A program made the translations under genes and the position numbers. Of a stretch of DNA of 64,000 nt, positions 21,255 to 32,777 are shown one piece after another (positions within the stretch are counted from its first letter, which is position 1; every line of letters starts with the position of its first letter). This DNA comes from an uncultured Gemmatimonadaceae bacterium (GTDB lineage Bacteria > Gemmatimonadota > Gemmatimonadetes > Gemmatimonadales > Gemmatimonadaceae). The stretch is taken from contig CAWAGQ010000002.1 in NCBI GenBank assembly GCA_963781585.1, positions 180,241-244,240 of the forward strand, written 5' to 3'. The notes below the pieces were generated by a model. That model worked only from the letters and a program-made list of their open reading frames with translations, did no database searches and had not been told where the DNA came from.

Positions 21255-22133
21255 GTGCATCGGGATCGGCCCAGTCGTACCGCCTACCGTGTGGCACTTC
21301 GCCGAGCCGCGCACCAGTTGCTCGACGCACCGGTTGTGTTCGCAGATCCGGTGGCGCTCGAGATCCTCGGGCCGGAACAGGCTGCGGCGCTTCGCGCGAA
21401 TGCGGCCACGCAGGAGCGCGGGCCGATCGCACGGGCGCTGCGGGCGTTCCTGGCCGCGCGCAGCCGGCTGGCGGAGGAGACGCTGGCCGAACTGGTGACG
21501 TCGGGCGTCCGCCAATACGTCGTGCTGGGCGCCGGACTCGACACGTTCGCCTACCGGAATCCCTATCCGGCGGACCAGCTCCGCGTGTTCGAGGTGGACC
21601 ATCCATCCACCCAGATCTGGAAATGCGAGCAGCTCGCCGCCTCGGGCATCAACGTCCCCGGCACGCTGACGTTCGTTCCGGTGGACTTCGCGCAGCAGGA
21701 TCTGACGGCGCAGCTGCGTGGCGCCGGACTGCGGATGGGCGAGGGGACGTTCTTCTCGTGGCTCGGCGTGGTGCCCTACCTCGACACCGCGGCGGTGCGG
21801 ACGACGCTGACGTCGATCGCGGAACTCACGCGTGCGGGTGGCGGTGTGGTCTTCGACTACGCGGTGCCGCCGGACGCGCTGACGCCGTTGCAGCGAACCG
21901 CATTCGAGGCGATGGCCGCGCGCGTGGCCGCGGCGGGAGAACCGTGGCGGAGCTTCTTCGTGCCGGCGGATCTGGAGCGCGAAGTGCGGGCGATGGGCTT
22001 CGGCCAGGTTGACGACCTCAGTGGCGATGAAATCAACCGGCGCTACTTCGCGGGTCGGCACGACGGACTGCGGGTTGGCTCGCTCGGCCGGATCCTCAGG
22101 GCCCTGTCGCTTCCCGCCCGGAAGGCCGTATGA
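21255..22133 (+). CDS. Class I SAM-dependent methyltransferase (LCM-like)
   Basis: SRTAYRVALRRAAHQ, QYVVLGAGLDTFAYR, FEVDHP, FSWLGVVPYL. Confidence 0.88.
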   Translation: MHRDRPSRTAYRVALRRAAHQLLDAPVVFADPVALEILGPEQAAALRANAATQERGPIARALRAFLAARSRLAEETLAELVTSGVRQYVVLGAGLDTFAYRNPYPADQLRVFEVDHPSTQIWKCEQLAASGINVPGTLTFVPVDFAQQDLTAQLRGAGLRMGEGTFFSWLGVVPYLDTAAVRTTLTSIAELTRAGGGVVFDYAVPPDALTPLQRTAFEAMAARVAAAGEPWRSFFVPADLEREVRAMGFGQVDDLSGDEINRRYFAGRHDGLRVGSLGRILRALSLPARKAV

Positions 22134-22139
22134 TCCGGG

Positions 22140-22418
22140 ATGCGCGAGCACCACGAGTACGATTTCCGATCGTCACCGGGAGATGAGCCGCCTCGAGCCG
22201 CAGACCGGACATCCGTCGTTCCCTTCGGACCGTTCGAGATGGATCCGGGGCCGTGGGAGCTGCGCGTCGAGCGGGAGCGCGTCGCGCTGGGACCGAGACC
22301 AGTCCGGCTGCTACACCTGCTGGTAAGCCGCAAAAGCGAGCTGGTCACGCGCGACGAGATCTACCAGCTCCTGTGGTCCGATGGAGAGAAGCGGCGCTTC
22401 GTGCGGGAGGAACCATGA
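22140..22418 (+). pseudogene. Truncated OmpR/CadC-type winged-helix fragment
   Basis: FGPFEMD...LLHLLVSRKSELVTRDEIYQLLW then stops before the recognition helix. Confidence 0.55.
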
Positions 22419-23602
22419 GATACTGGCCCTGCAGACACACGCGCGCGTCAAGGCCCCGGGCTCGTCGCAGGCTTCTGGCCCCCGCAATTCTTGTCTGCCT
22501 GGTCGCGCCCGGTGTTGCAACCGCGCAGCTCGCGTGTCGCGCCATGCCCGGCGGTGCACCGGCACCCGCACTCGCTCAGACCGAAGCCTGGCCGGCGCTC
22601 GGCGACGAGCTTGTACTCGGTCGCGATGTTCGCGCTGACCTGCTCTCCGATGGGAGCGCGGTCGTCATCGACCGCTCCAAGCTGGAGCTGCTTCGCGTTG
22701 ACCGAAAGAGCGGCCGCGTGACGACTCTTGCACATAAGGGGCCGGGGCCTGGAGAGATCGGATCGGTCGTCGGTGTGGTCGTCACGGTCGGCGACACGAT
22801 TGTGGTGCTCGATCTCTCGAAGCGGCGAGCGATGCGCCTGGGCTTACAGGGGAATTTGATCGCGGCGCCCCCATATCAACCCGCCGGCCTGCCGTTTCCT
22901 GTACTGCTCGCCGCCAGCGGCGGCGACGTCATCGAGGTGACTCGGAACCGCCCTCAGCGAGGCAAGGCGGAACCCCCCGTGATGATCATCCGGACTCTGG
23001 ATCAGGACTCGGCGCGCGTCGCGCGCACGGTGGAGTTGAGCGATCCCCCTTCGGAGCCTGGCATCTTCACACCGAATGGTGTCGCCGGGCTCCTCGACGA
23101 CACTCACGTCGTTGTTGCATCGGGCGTGACGCCGGACATCAGGGTTGTTGCGCTACGGGGCGCGGCGGACGGCGTGATCCACCTCGGAATCGGGCCGCCG
23201 CAGAAGCTCACCCGCGACTTCGCTGAGCGCGTGATGACGCAGGCATTGACACAGGTCCCCGCCCAGGACCGACCGCGCATGATCGCGTCCATGCTCGGAG
23301 CACTGCCGCTCGCTCCGTCTTATCCGATGTTCGCGCGCATGTTGGCGGGGACATCGGGCTCGCTGTGGGTCCAGCGCACGTACCCCGCGCCCGACGACGC
23401 TTCATCCGCCGACGCGCCGGCCACGTTTTCGATGGACGATCTGGGCGGATTCGTGTGGCAGCAGTTCGGACGTCAGGGCGCACTCACGGCGGAGTGTCGT
23501 ACTCCTTCGGAATGGCGGGTCGTGCTCGCGCGCCGGGGCGAAATCCTGTTCGCGGAGGATGACGCGACCGCGACGCGATTCTTCACCTGGCGACCACGGT
23601 GA
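22415..23602 (+). CDS. Secreted beta-propeller-like hypothetical protein
   Basis: Signal peptide; KGPGPGEI and GDTIVVLD blade-like motifs. Confidence 0.6.
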   Translation: MRYWPCRHTRASRPRARRRLLAPAILVCLVAPGVATAQLACRAMPGGAPAPALAQTEAWPALGDELVLGRDVRADLLSDGSAVVIDRSKLELLRVDRKSGRVTTLAHKGPGPGEIGSVVGVVVTVGDTIVVLDLSKRRAMRLGLQGNLIAAPPYQPAGLPFPVLLAASGGDVIEVTRNRPQRGKAEPPVMIIRTLDQDSARVARTVELSDPPSEPGIFTPNGVAGLLDDTHVVVASGVTPDIRVVALRGAADGVIHLGIGPPQKLTRDFAERVMTQALTQVPAQDRPRMIASMLGALPLAPSYPMFARMLAGTSGSLWVQRTYPAPDDASSADAPATFSMDDLGGFVWQQFGRQGALTAECRTPSEWRVVLARRGEILFAEDDATATRFFTWRPR

Positions 23603-23945
23603 GGTCTCACGCGAGGACGCAGCGACAACCATTGCGTACCTCGAGTGGTTGCGGTGGTCGGCAGGCATTGCACGCCGCCTGGCGGGGACCCTGTTGCTCG
23701 CGGCTGGCGCGTGTACGCCGTTCGTCCAGCCGGTCAGCACGCTCAGTCCCGTTCTGAGCCGCTGCCGCACGTCGGACCAGCGTGCGCGGCTCGCCCGCAG
23801 ACGATCGTGACCCCGAGTCACGGGACCCGTCGGGCGTCGTTGCATCAAATCCTTACGAACACATCGCGCCTTTCCCGACAGACGGGGGAGAGGTGGGCGG
23901 GCATCATTGCACCGACAGGAGCGACACAAGCTGGAGGACCACCCA

Positions 23946-25293
23946 ATGACGGCGGTATCTCTGCAGCCGCTGGCGCGGGCCCTCGGGGACGTGGTCCGTC
24001 CTCTGACGGGTTCGGCGAGCGACTTTGACGCATTGGTGGCGCGAGTGGGCGAGGCGCGGATGGTGCTCATCGGCGAGGCCTCGCACGGGACGCACGAGTT
24101 CTATCGGATCCGCGCCGAGATCACCAAGCGGCTGATTCGCGAGCGCGGCTTCACAGCGGTTGCGGTGGAGGCTGACTGGCCCGACGCATACCGGGTGAAT
24201 CGGTACGTGCGCGGGAGCGGCGTCGATGCCGACGCCGAGCAGTCGCTGGCCGGGTTCCGCCGCTATCCGCAATGGATGTGGCGCAACGCCGATGTGCTCG
24301 ATTTCGTGGGCTGGCTCCGCTCGCATAACGAATCAGTTGGTGACGACGCCCGGCGGGTGGGCTTCTACGGAATGGACCTGTACAGCCTGCATTCGTCCAT
24401 GGAGGCGGTCATCCGCTATCTGCGGGTGGTGGACCCGGAGGCCGCGCGGCGTGCCGAGATCCGCTACGGCTGCTTCGACCGGTTCGGCGGCGACCCGCAG
24501 GAGTACGGCTACGCGTCGTCCATCGGGCTGTCACCGTCGTGCGAGGCGGAAGTGGTCGAGCAGCTGGTGACGCTCCGTCGGGCGGCCGGGGAATATGCGC
24601 GCCGCGACGGGCGCGTGGCGGAGGACGATCTCTTCTTCGCCGAGCAGAATGCGCGCGTGGTGGCCAATGCGGAGCGCTACTATCGCGCGATGTTCGGGAG
24701 CCGGGTGGAGTCATGGAATCTTCGCGACCGGCACATGGCCGAGACGCTGGAGAGCCTGACGCGCTTCCTGAGCCAGCGCGGCGCCTCGCCGAAGATCGTG
24801 GTCTGGGCGCACAACTCGCACCTCGGCGATGCGCGAGCAACCGAGATGGGACAGGGGGGCGAGTTGAACGTGGGCCAGCTGGTGAGCGAGCGATTCGGCG
24901 ACGACGCGGTGCTGGTCGGGTTCAGCACGTACTCGGGGACGGTGACCGCGACGTCCAACTGGGACGAGCCGGCACAGCGCAAAGTCGTCAGGCCGGCGTT
25001 GCCGGGGAGCTACGAGAGCCTGTTCCACGACGCTGGCGATACCGAATTTCTACCTCGACCTGGGCGATCGCAGCGAGGCGGTGTCTGAGCTTCACGCGGC
25101 GCGCCTGGAGCGCGCGATCGGCGTCATCTACCGTCCGGAGACCGAGCGGCAGAGCCACTACTTTCACGCGGAGCTTCCGCGACAGTTCGACGCCATCCTG
25201 CACTATGACCGGACGCGAGCCGTGGAGCCGCTCGAGAGGACGGGAGCGTGGGACAAGGGAGAGCTGCCGGAGACATACCCCAGCGGCGTGTAG
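23946..25293 (+). CDS. Erythromycin esterase family protein (frameshift near 25045)
   Basis: LIGEASHGTHEFY, VAVEADWPDA, WNLRDRHM, VWAHNSHLGDARAT; C-terminus LERAIGVIYRPETERQSHY in 25081..25293. Confidence 0.88.
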
Positions 25294-25525
25294 TCCGGAG
25301 GGCAGGTCGGCGCCGGCTCGGCGCGACAGACCCGGGCCATGCGTTCCGGTTGGCGTGCGCGTGGGCCAGCGTGTCGCTCACCAGGCGGGGCCCCGGCGTC
25401 TTTTCGGGCGCCGGGACCTCACGCGGGCGCGAGAGAGCGACCGGTATTAACATGCCACGAATGACCGACTGCCTGGCGCCTCGCCCGAAGTGGCCGACTG
25501 CGCGCGAGGACGCCATCGCGCCCTC

Positions 25526-26422
25526 ATGACCAGCGCCATTGCCATAGCCACGTTAGGCTTCTTTCTCGGCATGCGCCACGCCACCGACGCCGACCACGTG
25601 ATCGCCGTGACGACGATCGTGGCGCGGCACCGGAGTGTGCGGAGCGCGGCGTGGATCGGGGCCGTCTGGGGAATCGGCCACACCGTCACGATCCTGGTCG
25701 TCGGCGGCGCCATCATCCTGTTCAGCTGGGTGATCCCGCCGCGCATTGGATTGTCGATGGAGCTGGCGGTCGGACTGATGCTGGTCGCGCTGGGCCTGAT
25801 GAACCTCGGCGGCTTCTGGCAACGGGTTCAACAGGTGCAGCCGGCGGCGGGTGCCCCGCTGCATGGGCACGCGGCGACGCACCCGCCGGCCCAGGCGCAG
25901 TTGCGTCAAGCCGCGGATCAACCCGCGCACGCGCATCCGCACGAGATCCCGCACGTGCACGCGCATGCCCACCGCCACGGCGACTACATCCACACCCACG
26001 CGCACGAGCATGACCCCGAACGCCACCCCCACGATCCCGACCGCACGCCCCTGAGCCGCCTTGACCAGCGACTGGGATCCTTGCGCCTGTATCAGCTCGT
26101 GCGCCCGCTGGTCGTCGGCGTCGTGCACGGGTTGGCCGGGTCGGCGGCCATCGCCCTGCTCGTGCTCACCACCATCCGGAGCACGACCTGGGGCGTTGTG
26201 TATCTGCTCATCTTCGGAATCGGCACCATCGCCGGCATGATGCTCGTCACCGCCGCGGTCAGCGTCCCCTTCGCCATGACCGGCGCCCAGTTCGGCCGTC
26301 TGAATCGGCAGCTCCGGATCGTATCGGGCGTGGTGAGTCTCGCCTTCGGACTGTTCATTGCCTGGCGGATCGGGATCGTCGGCGGCCTGTTCACCGGCCA
26401 TCCGCAGTGGACGCCGAGGTAG
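25526..26422 (+). CDS. High-affinity nickel/cobalt transporter (NiCoT/HoxN-like)
   Basis: GMRHATDADH, WGIGHT, His-rich loop, GVVHGLAGSA. Confidence 0.88.
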   Translation: MTSAIAIATLGFFLGMRHATDADHVIAVTTIVARHRSVRSAAWIGAVWGIGHTVTILVVGGAIILFSWVIPPRIGLSMELAVGLMLVALGLMNLGGFWQRVQQVQPAAGAPLHGHAATHPPAQAQLRQAADQPAHAHPHEIPHVHAHAHRHGDYIHTHAHEHDPERHPHDPDRTPLSRLDQRLGSLRLYQLVRPLVVGVVHGLAGSAAIALLVLTTIRSTTWGVVYLLIFGIGTIAGMMLVTAAVSVPFAMTGAQFGRLNRQLRIVSGVVSLAFGLFIAWRIGIVGGLFTGHPQWTPR

Positions 26423-26427
26423 GCGCG

Positions 26428-26727
26428 ATGCTTCTGGAACTGCGGCCTGTGTCGCGCAAGACGCCACTCGACGGCAAACTCGAGATCACGGCGGCTGCCG
26501 CCGACCGGCTGGCGGCGCTGGGGCCGGAGTTTCCGCTCTCGGTCGACGACCGCCAGGCGACCGGATGTCTGCGCGCGCTCGCGTGCACTTGCGGGAAGGG
26601 GGCGGGCGCGTCGCACGTGCACCACTTCCTCGAGAGTCCCGCGCTCCGTGCGTTGTTGCCTGGGGTCGAGGTGCGGGTCGAGCTGGACGAGGCCGCGGGC
26701 ATGGTGCGAGTCGGGACCTGGGCCTGA
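26428..26727 (+). CDS. Small putative metal-binding protein
   Basis: CTCGKG...HVHHFLES; 5 nt after the NiCoT stop. Confidence 0.6.
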   Translation: MLLELRPVSRKTPLDGKLEITAAAADRLAALGPEFPLSVDDRQATGCLRALACTCGKGAGASHVHHFLESPALRALLPGVEVRVELDEAAGMVRVGTWA

Positions 26728-26780
26728 CGTGCCAGTCCCCGCGCCGTCGACGTTGATCCGACGTTACACCCGTCGGCGGG

Positions 26781-26837
26781 AATTGGGGTCAGACTCGAAT
26801 TTTCGCGCCGCGCGAAAATTCGAGTCTGACCCCAATT
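26781..26837. repeat. 57-bp perfect palindrome of the GGGGTCAGAC family
   Basis: AATTGGGGTCAGACTCGAATTTTCGCGC-C-GCGCGAAAATTCGAGTCTGACCCCAATT. Confidence 0.9.
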
Positions 26838-26937
26838 TTCCAACTTCATTCGCCGCGGCCCCGTGACAATCCCCGCCCGCGGCATCAGCTTAGGGAAGCG
26901 CCCCCCAACCATGCCACCACCCTTCAGGAGTCTGAGG

Positions 26938-28638
26938 ATGAAGCTCACCGCTCTCGCCGGCGTCCTCACGGTCGCCGCGGCCAACACGGTGTGCGCGCTG
27001 CCACTGGCGGCGCAGGAAAAGGTCGATGTCGCCACGGTCGAGCGGATCAAGGCCGAGGAGATGCAGCACTCCCAGGTCATGGAGATCATGAGCTGGCTGT
27101 CCGACGTCTACGGGCCCCGACTCACCTGGTCGCCCAACCTCACGCGGGCCAAGGACTGGGCGATGGGCCAGATGAAGTCCTGGGGCCTGGCCAACGTGCA
27201 TGAGGAGATGTGGGACACGCCACCGGGACTCGGCTGGGAGAACGAGCGCTTCTCGTTCATGGCGACGTCGCCCATGCCCTTCATCGTGGAGGCGGTGCCG
27301 CGCGCGTGGTCGGCGAGCACGAAGGGCACCGTCACCGGGCCGGCGATGATGGTGAATGCCGAATGCTCGGACGAGCTGAAGCAGATGTACGCCGGAAAGC
27401 TGCATAACGCCTTCGTGATGACGTCCCCGCCGGCGGATCAGCCGGTGAACGACTTCGAGCCGACGGCGTCGCGCTATTCGGATTCCGCGCTGGCTGTCAT
27501 GGCGGCCGCGCAGCCGGCTGCGGCGGGCGGGCGCTTTGGTGGTCGCGGCGGTCGGGGCGGAGGCGCTCCGCCGCAGCGCTCGGCGGTGTGTCAGGCACAA
27601 TTCACGCGTGACTCGATTGCGGCGGCGGCATCGGGCCGCGGCGGCGGACGGGGCGGCTTCTTTGGCGGGCGCGGCGGACTCAACATGAACGACACCACTA
27701 CGCTTCGATGGATGGAAGCGCAGGGCACGGCGGCTATCGTGCTGGAGGACACACGCCATGTGGGCGGTGACATCGGAACGGACAACGGCGCGTCGCGCGC
27801 CTCCGGCGCTCCGCAGGTCCCGTTCGTGCACGTCGCACGGGAGTCGTATGGCCGCATCGCCCGCATGGTGGAAAAGAAGGTTCCGGTCACGCTCGAGCTG
27901 AACATGCAGAACAAGTTCTTACCCGAGAACAAGACCTCGTTCAACGTCATCGGCGAGATCCCCGGAACCGACCCGCAACTCAAGGACCAGTTGGTGATGA
28001 TCGGTGCCCACTTCGACTCGTGGCACTCCGGAACGGGTGCAACGGATAATGGCGCGGGCTCCGGTGTGATGCTCGAGGCAATGCGGCTCCTCAAGTCACT
28101 CAACCTGCAGCCTCGGCGGACCATCCGGATCGGGCTGTGGACCGGGGAAGAGCAGGGACTGCTCGGCTCGCGCGCCTACGTGGCCAAGCACTTCGGCACC
28201 ACCGACGCGAGCGGATTCCACCCAACACCCGAGCAGGCGAAATTCGCCGCCTACTTCAACGTCGATAACGGCAGCGGCAAGATCCGCGGCGTGTACCTCC
28301 AGGGGATCGAAGCAGAACGCCCGATCTTCGATGCCTGGATGGATCCGTTCAAGGGCATGGGGATGAAGACGCTGACGATCAGGAACACCGGCGGTACGGA
28401 TCACCTCTCGTACATCGGTGTCGGACTCCCCGGCTTCCAGTTCATCCAGGATCCGCTCGACTACGGCAACCTCACACACCATACCAACCAGGACGTCTAC
28501 GAACGGCTGCAGCCTGACGACATGAAGTTCAACGCGGCGGTGGTGGCGAGCTTCGCCTGGCTGGCCGCTCAGCGCGATGAGATGCTGCCGCGGCCACCGC
28601 TACCAACGGCGGTGCAGGGCGGTCGCGGAGGTCGGTAG
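26938..28638 (+). CDS. M28 family peptidase (carboxypeptidase Q-like), exported
   Basis: YGPRLTWSP, GAHFDSWH, TDNGAG, WTGEEQGLLGS, GGTDH, THHTNQD. Confidence 0.9.
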   Translation: MKLTALAGVLTVAAANTVCALPLAAQEKVDVATVERIKAEEMQHSQVMEIMSWLSDVYGPRLTWSPNLTRAKDWAMGQMKSWGLANVHEEMWDTPPGLGWENERFSFMATSPMPFIVEAVPRAWSASTKGTVTGPAMMVNAECSDELKQMYAGKLHNAFVMTSPPADQPVNDFEPTASRYSDSALAVMAAAQPAAAGGRFGGRGGRGGGAPPQRSAVCQAQFTRDSIAAAASGRGGGRGGFFGGRGGLNMNDTTTLRWMEAQGTAAIVLEDTRHVGGDIGTDNGASRASGAPQVPFVHVARESYGRIARMVEKKVPVTLELNMQNKFLPENKTSFNVIGEIPGTDPQLKDQLVMIGAHFDSWHSGTGATDNGAGSGVMLEAMRLLKSLNLQPRRTIRIGLWTGEEQGLLGSRAYVAKHFGTTDASGFHPTPEQAKFAAYFNVDNGSGKIRGVYLQGIEAERPIFDAWMDPFKGMGMKTLTIRNTGGTDHLSYIGVGLPGFQFIQDPLDYGNLTHHTNQDVYERLQPDDMKFNAAVVASFAWLAAQRDEMLPRPPLPTAVQGGRGGR

Positions 28639-28669
28639 CGCGAAGGTGGTGGATTGGAGGATCGATCCA

Positions 28670-28719
28670 GCGGGTTGCAACAAAGGGGCGGCTTCGGCCG
28701 CCCCTTTGTTGCAACCCGC
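28670..28719. terminator. 23-bp perfect hairpin with TTCG loop between convergent genes
   Basis: GCGGGTTGCAACAAAGGGGCGGC-TTCG-GCCGCCCCTTTGTTGCAACCCGC. Confidence 0.8.
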
Positions 28720-28793
28720 GGTGCCTCACGCGACCGGTGTCTCCCGCCACATCAGGAGCGTAGCATCTGGCCTCTGGCCTCTGGCCCATTGGC

Positions 28794-30221
28794 CTATGCC
28801 CTTTCCCCCGCCCCCTCCTCATCCGGCAACGGAAGGCTGACACGGAATTCTGTGCGCCCGGGCCGCGTCTCCAGTTCCACGCTTCCACCGTGCTGCTGCA
28901 CCTGACGGCGCACGATGTCGAGGCCCAGGCCGGTGCCCTGTCCGACGGGCTTGGTCGTGAAGAAGGGATCGAAGATGCGACCGGAGATGTCATCGGGGAT
29001 CCCCGGGCCGTTGTCGATGACCCGGACGACCACCCAGCCTCGCTCGGGCTGCGCCGTCACGGTCACCTGTCCCGACGCCGGCACCGCGTCGATCGCGTTG
29101 TCGATCAGATTGGCCCACACCTGATTCAGCTCGCCGCCGGACCCCATGACCCGCGGAAGATCAGGCTCCAGCTCGAGTCGCACTCCCACGGATTTCTGCC
29201 GCGCCTTTGAGCCGAGGACCGCGATGGTATCGGCGAGCCCCCGGCCGACGTCGAGCAGCTCCGGCGTCGATGGACGGTCCATGTGGGTGAAGCCCTTGAC
29301 CGCGCTGACCAGGGTGTACACGCGCGACGCCGCCTTCTCGATGTCCGACACCAGTCCACGCGTGGCACAGCCTGATGCGATCCACCGAACGGCGGCGTCG
29401 AGCGCCGAGCCCTGCACGACCTGCGCCATGTCATCGAGCATCGGCAAGGTGACGGCGGAGTCGGCGAGCGCGTGTGCCGCCGCCGCGTCGAGATTGCGCG
29501 CCACGAGCCACTCGGCGATGGCATCTTCGCGATCAGCGCGCTCGAGGGGCGCTTGGACACCGGCCGGCGCGCCCACGCACAGCTCGCGCACGCGTTTCAG
29601 CCTGCCAAGGGCCGCATCCGACAGTCCGGCCGCGCCCAGCACGAGCGCAGCTTCGTCGGACTCGGCCAGCGTTCCCGCCAGTAAGGTGGCGCTCCGCGCG
29701 GCGGCCGATGCCGGATTGTTCAACTCGTGTGCGAGCCCAGCGGCCAGCTTTCCCAGCGACATCATCTTCTCGACCTGCGAGTCATCCGCGCGGAAGACGC
29801 GGGCGCGGTCGAGCATCACATGCACCAGTATCGTGGCGATCTCGGGACATTCCCGGATCAGAGCCGGGAAATGTCGGCGATGTATCGCCAGTGCCTCCGA
29901 CACTTCTTCGGAATAGACCTGGCCCGGCGAGAACTTCATGCGCGAGTAGGGGAGATTCCCCACCACGTCGCCGCCGACCCACTCCATCACCTTCCGGCGG
30001 TTTCCTCCGCGATCGAGGTAAATGGCGATGTGGCCCGAGAAGAGCACATAGAGATAGTCGATGGCATTCGCCACCGTCGTGACGTTGTCGCCCTTGCCGA
30101 ACTGCACGAGACCGCCGTGCGACACCAGCCAGGCGAGCTCCTCGCGCGGCGCATCGCCGAGGGTCCGATGTTGCTGCAAGCGATCTATAAGATGGGCGGT
30201 GGTGTAGGCGGTTCCGGTCAT
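28794..30221 (-). CDS. Sensor histidine kinase with N-terminal cNMP-binding-like domain
   Basis: [13 protein letters not shown] (H box), [31 protein letters not shown]. Confidence 0.92.
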   Translation of the reverse strand: MTGTAYTTAHLIDRLQQHRTLGDAPREELAWLVSHGGLVQFGKGDNVTTVANAIDYLYVLFSGHIAIYLDRGGNRRKVMEWVGGDVVGNLPYSRMKFSPGQVYSEEVSEALAIHRRHFPALIRECPEIATILVHVMLDRARVFRADDSQVEKMMSLGKLAAGLAHELNNPASAAARSATLLAGTLAESDEAALVLGAAGLSDAALGRLKRVRELCVGAPAGVQAPLERADREDAIAEWLVARNLDAAAAHALADSAVTLPMLDDMAQVVQGSALDAAVRWIASGCATRGLVSDIEKAASRVYTLVSAVKGFTHMDRPSTPELLDVGRGLADTIAVLGSKARQKSVGVRLELEPDLPRVMGSGGELNQVWANLIDNAIDAVPASGQVTVTAQPERGWVVVRVIDNGPGIPDDISGRIFDPFFTTKPVGQGTGLGLDIVRRQVQQHGGSVELETRPGRTEFRVSLPLPDEEGAGERA

Positions 30222-30519
30222 GGCTGGTGTGCTGTCGCGCGCAGCAGACGCGCCACCCGGACATCTGATCGCCGGGAATCACTGCCTCGCATCGCGTTCC
30301 ATGGTGCCGTCGCTCGCGGTGGGCTCTGCCGTGCAGGGGGAGGAAATTGCCCGCCCGCTCGCACTGCCACAAGGCGAACCGGACGTCGTGGCATCATTAT
30401 TCTCCGAGGGTCACCCGCCGCCGGCGCGAGCAACCGCATGGTCCCTGGCTGCCGCCGCGGCTCCATCGCGCGAGGTGAACGGGTGACAGGTAGGGCAGCT
30501 CGAATCCGGGGAGATCGCC

Positions 30520-32578
30520 GTGCGTATTCGTTCCACTCGATACCCGTTGTCCATGGGGCCCACGATCGCTGCCCTGACGATAAGTCTGGCGCACAGCCTG
30601 GCCGGGCAGACGCGCCCGCTGCCGTCACTCGACCCGTCCGGCACCGTACAAACGGGCCGACCGCTGCCGGGGCCCGTTTACGAAACTCCCGCCTTCACGC
30701 GCGCCGTGGAGCGGCGAACGCGCACGCGCACGGGCGCCCCTGGTGAATCGTCGTGGACCCAGCATGCCCGCTACTATATAGATGCGCGTCTGGATCCGGT
30801 GGCGACACGAGTGTCGGGCAGCGAACGCGTCGTCTACCTCAACAATTCGCCCGACACGCTGCGCCGGATCGCGGTTCATCTGCGGCAGAACGCATTCGCG
30901 CCCGGAAACGCACGCCGCACGGCTGTCCCCACAACAGGCGGCATGACGCTGAACCGGGTGGCGGTGCGCGGAACCACCGTTGCGCCGCCCTCCGCGCCGG
31001 CGCCCGGCGCATCGATCAGCAGTTCGCCTCGGACCGCCGCGTCGAGGGACAGCTACCTCATCGACGGAACGGTCATGTGGATCACCCTGGCCGTGCCCCT
31101 CATGCCGCGTGACAGCATCCGCCTGGACTTCGCGTGGTCGTATTCTCCGGCGCCGGCTCCAGCCGACGGACGGGAGGGACGCGAGGCAGACGTCTTCTTC
31201 ATGGGATACTGGTATCCGCAGGTCGCCGTCTACGACGACGTGAATGGGTGGGTCGCGGATCAGTACCTGCTGCAGGCCGAGTTCTACATGGAGCCCGCCG
31301 ACTACGACGTGCGGCTGCACGTGCCGCGCGGGTGGGTGGTGGGTGCGACTGGCATTCTGCAGAACGCCGACACGGTGCTGAGTTCAGTCGCGCGCGCGCG
31401 GCTTGACGAGGCGCGGCGCACCGGGAGTGTGGTACATGTCGTGACGCCGGGACCCGGGACCTCACGCGCGCTCGCCGGCACCGGCCCGACCCTCACCTGG
31501 CACTACTGGCGCGTCGACGTCCGCGATTTCGCCTGGGGCGCGGGCAACGCTTACGCATGGGATGCGACGCGCGCAATCGTCTCCGGGGCCGACGGCCGCG
31601 ACCGACACGGTCGACCATCAACAGCTTCTACCGACAGCACGCGACGGCGTCAGCCTGGGCAGCAGGCGGGGCGCGTTTCACGCGGGACGCGATCGAGCAG
31701 CTCTCGGCCTGGCTCTGGCCGTATCCGTGGCCCCAGATGACCTCGATGGAGGGGATGCTGGACGGCGGCGGCATGGAGTATCCGATGATGACCATCATGC
31801 AGCCCTGGGCGGACACGCTCTCGCTGGCGGGCGACCTGATGCACGAGACCGGTCACATGTGGTTTCCGATGCAGGTGGGATCGAACGAGACTCGGTATCC
31901 GTGGATGGACGAAGGCTTCACGCAGTTCAACGATGCCCAGGGGATGCGGGTGCTGTACGGGGAGCCGCGCACCGGCGGCAGGCCTAACGATTCGGAACCC
32001 GGACAGCGCCGGCTCTATCTGGATGCAGCGCGCTCCGCAAGGACCAGCGGCTCATGGTGCCCGGGGACTCTATCCGTCGGAGCGGTACTTCGTCATGTAC
32101 TACGACAAGACGGCCCAGGTGCTGGCGGCGCTGCGCGGCATGCTCGGCGAGCGAGACATTCCATCGGGCGTTCCGCGAATACGGACTCCGCTGGCTCGGG
32201 AAGCATCCGTACCCGTACGATTTCTTCAACACCATGGCGGACGTCGCCGGACACGACCTCTCATGGTTCTGGACGACGTGGTTCTACGAGCCGTGGTCCC
32301 TGGATCAGGCGATCGCCGCGGTGTCCACGGTGGGTGATTCCACGGCCATCGCCATCGAGGATCGCGGGCTTGCGCCGATGCCCGTGCGTCTCGCCATCAC
32401 ACGCGCCGGCGGCGCCGTGCAGCGACTCGATCTGCCGGTGGACATCTGGTTGACTGGGTCGCGGCGCCACATGGTGCGCGTGGCCGCTACGCCGGCCGTC
32501 ACCCGGGTGGAGATCGATCCCGACGCGGCCTTCCCCGACCTCGATCGCCGCAATCAGGTCTGGACGGTGCCACGCTAG
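30520..32578 (+). CDS. M1 family metallopeptidase (several frameshifts near 31600 and 32040-32160)
   Basis: YLNNSPDTL, YWYPQVAVYDD, GGMEYPM, HETGHMWF (HEXXH), WMDEGF, KHPYPYDFF across three frames. Confidence 0.85.
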
Positions 32579-32605
32579 CCGCGTCCACACCGCTACCCGG
32601 TGGGC

Positions 32606-32678
32606 AATTGGGGTCAGACTCCATTTTTTCGGAAAAATGGAGTCTGACCCGATTCCCCCAATTTCCCCAATTTCCCCG
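32606..32678. repeat. GGGGTCAGAC-family palindrome plus short AATTTCCCC tandem
   Basis: GGGTCAGACTCCATTTTT-TCGG-AAAAATGGAGTCTGACCC, then repeated ATTTCCCC. Confidence 0.85.
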
Positions 32679-32777
32679 CCAGTTACGCGTGGCAGGCAAT
32701 CGGCGCGACCATCTTGCCACGCGGTACCCGCGCGATCCACTTTCGCAGCTCCAACGGATGCCTCATGGGAGCGCTCG

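Noticed and set aside
23946..25293. Erythromycin esterase and the serine hydrolases as resistance genes
   Set aside because: Broad families; the motifs do not establish antibiotic substrates
26781..32678. Palindromic repeats as a CRISPR array
   Set aside because: Copies are isolated and kilobases apart, with no repeat-spacer periodicity and no cas genes
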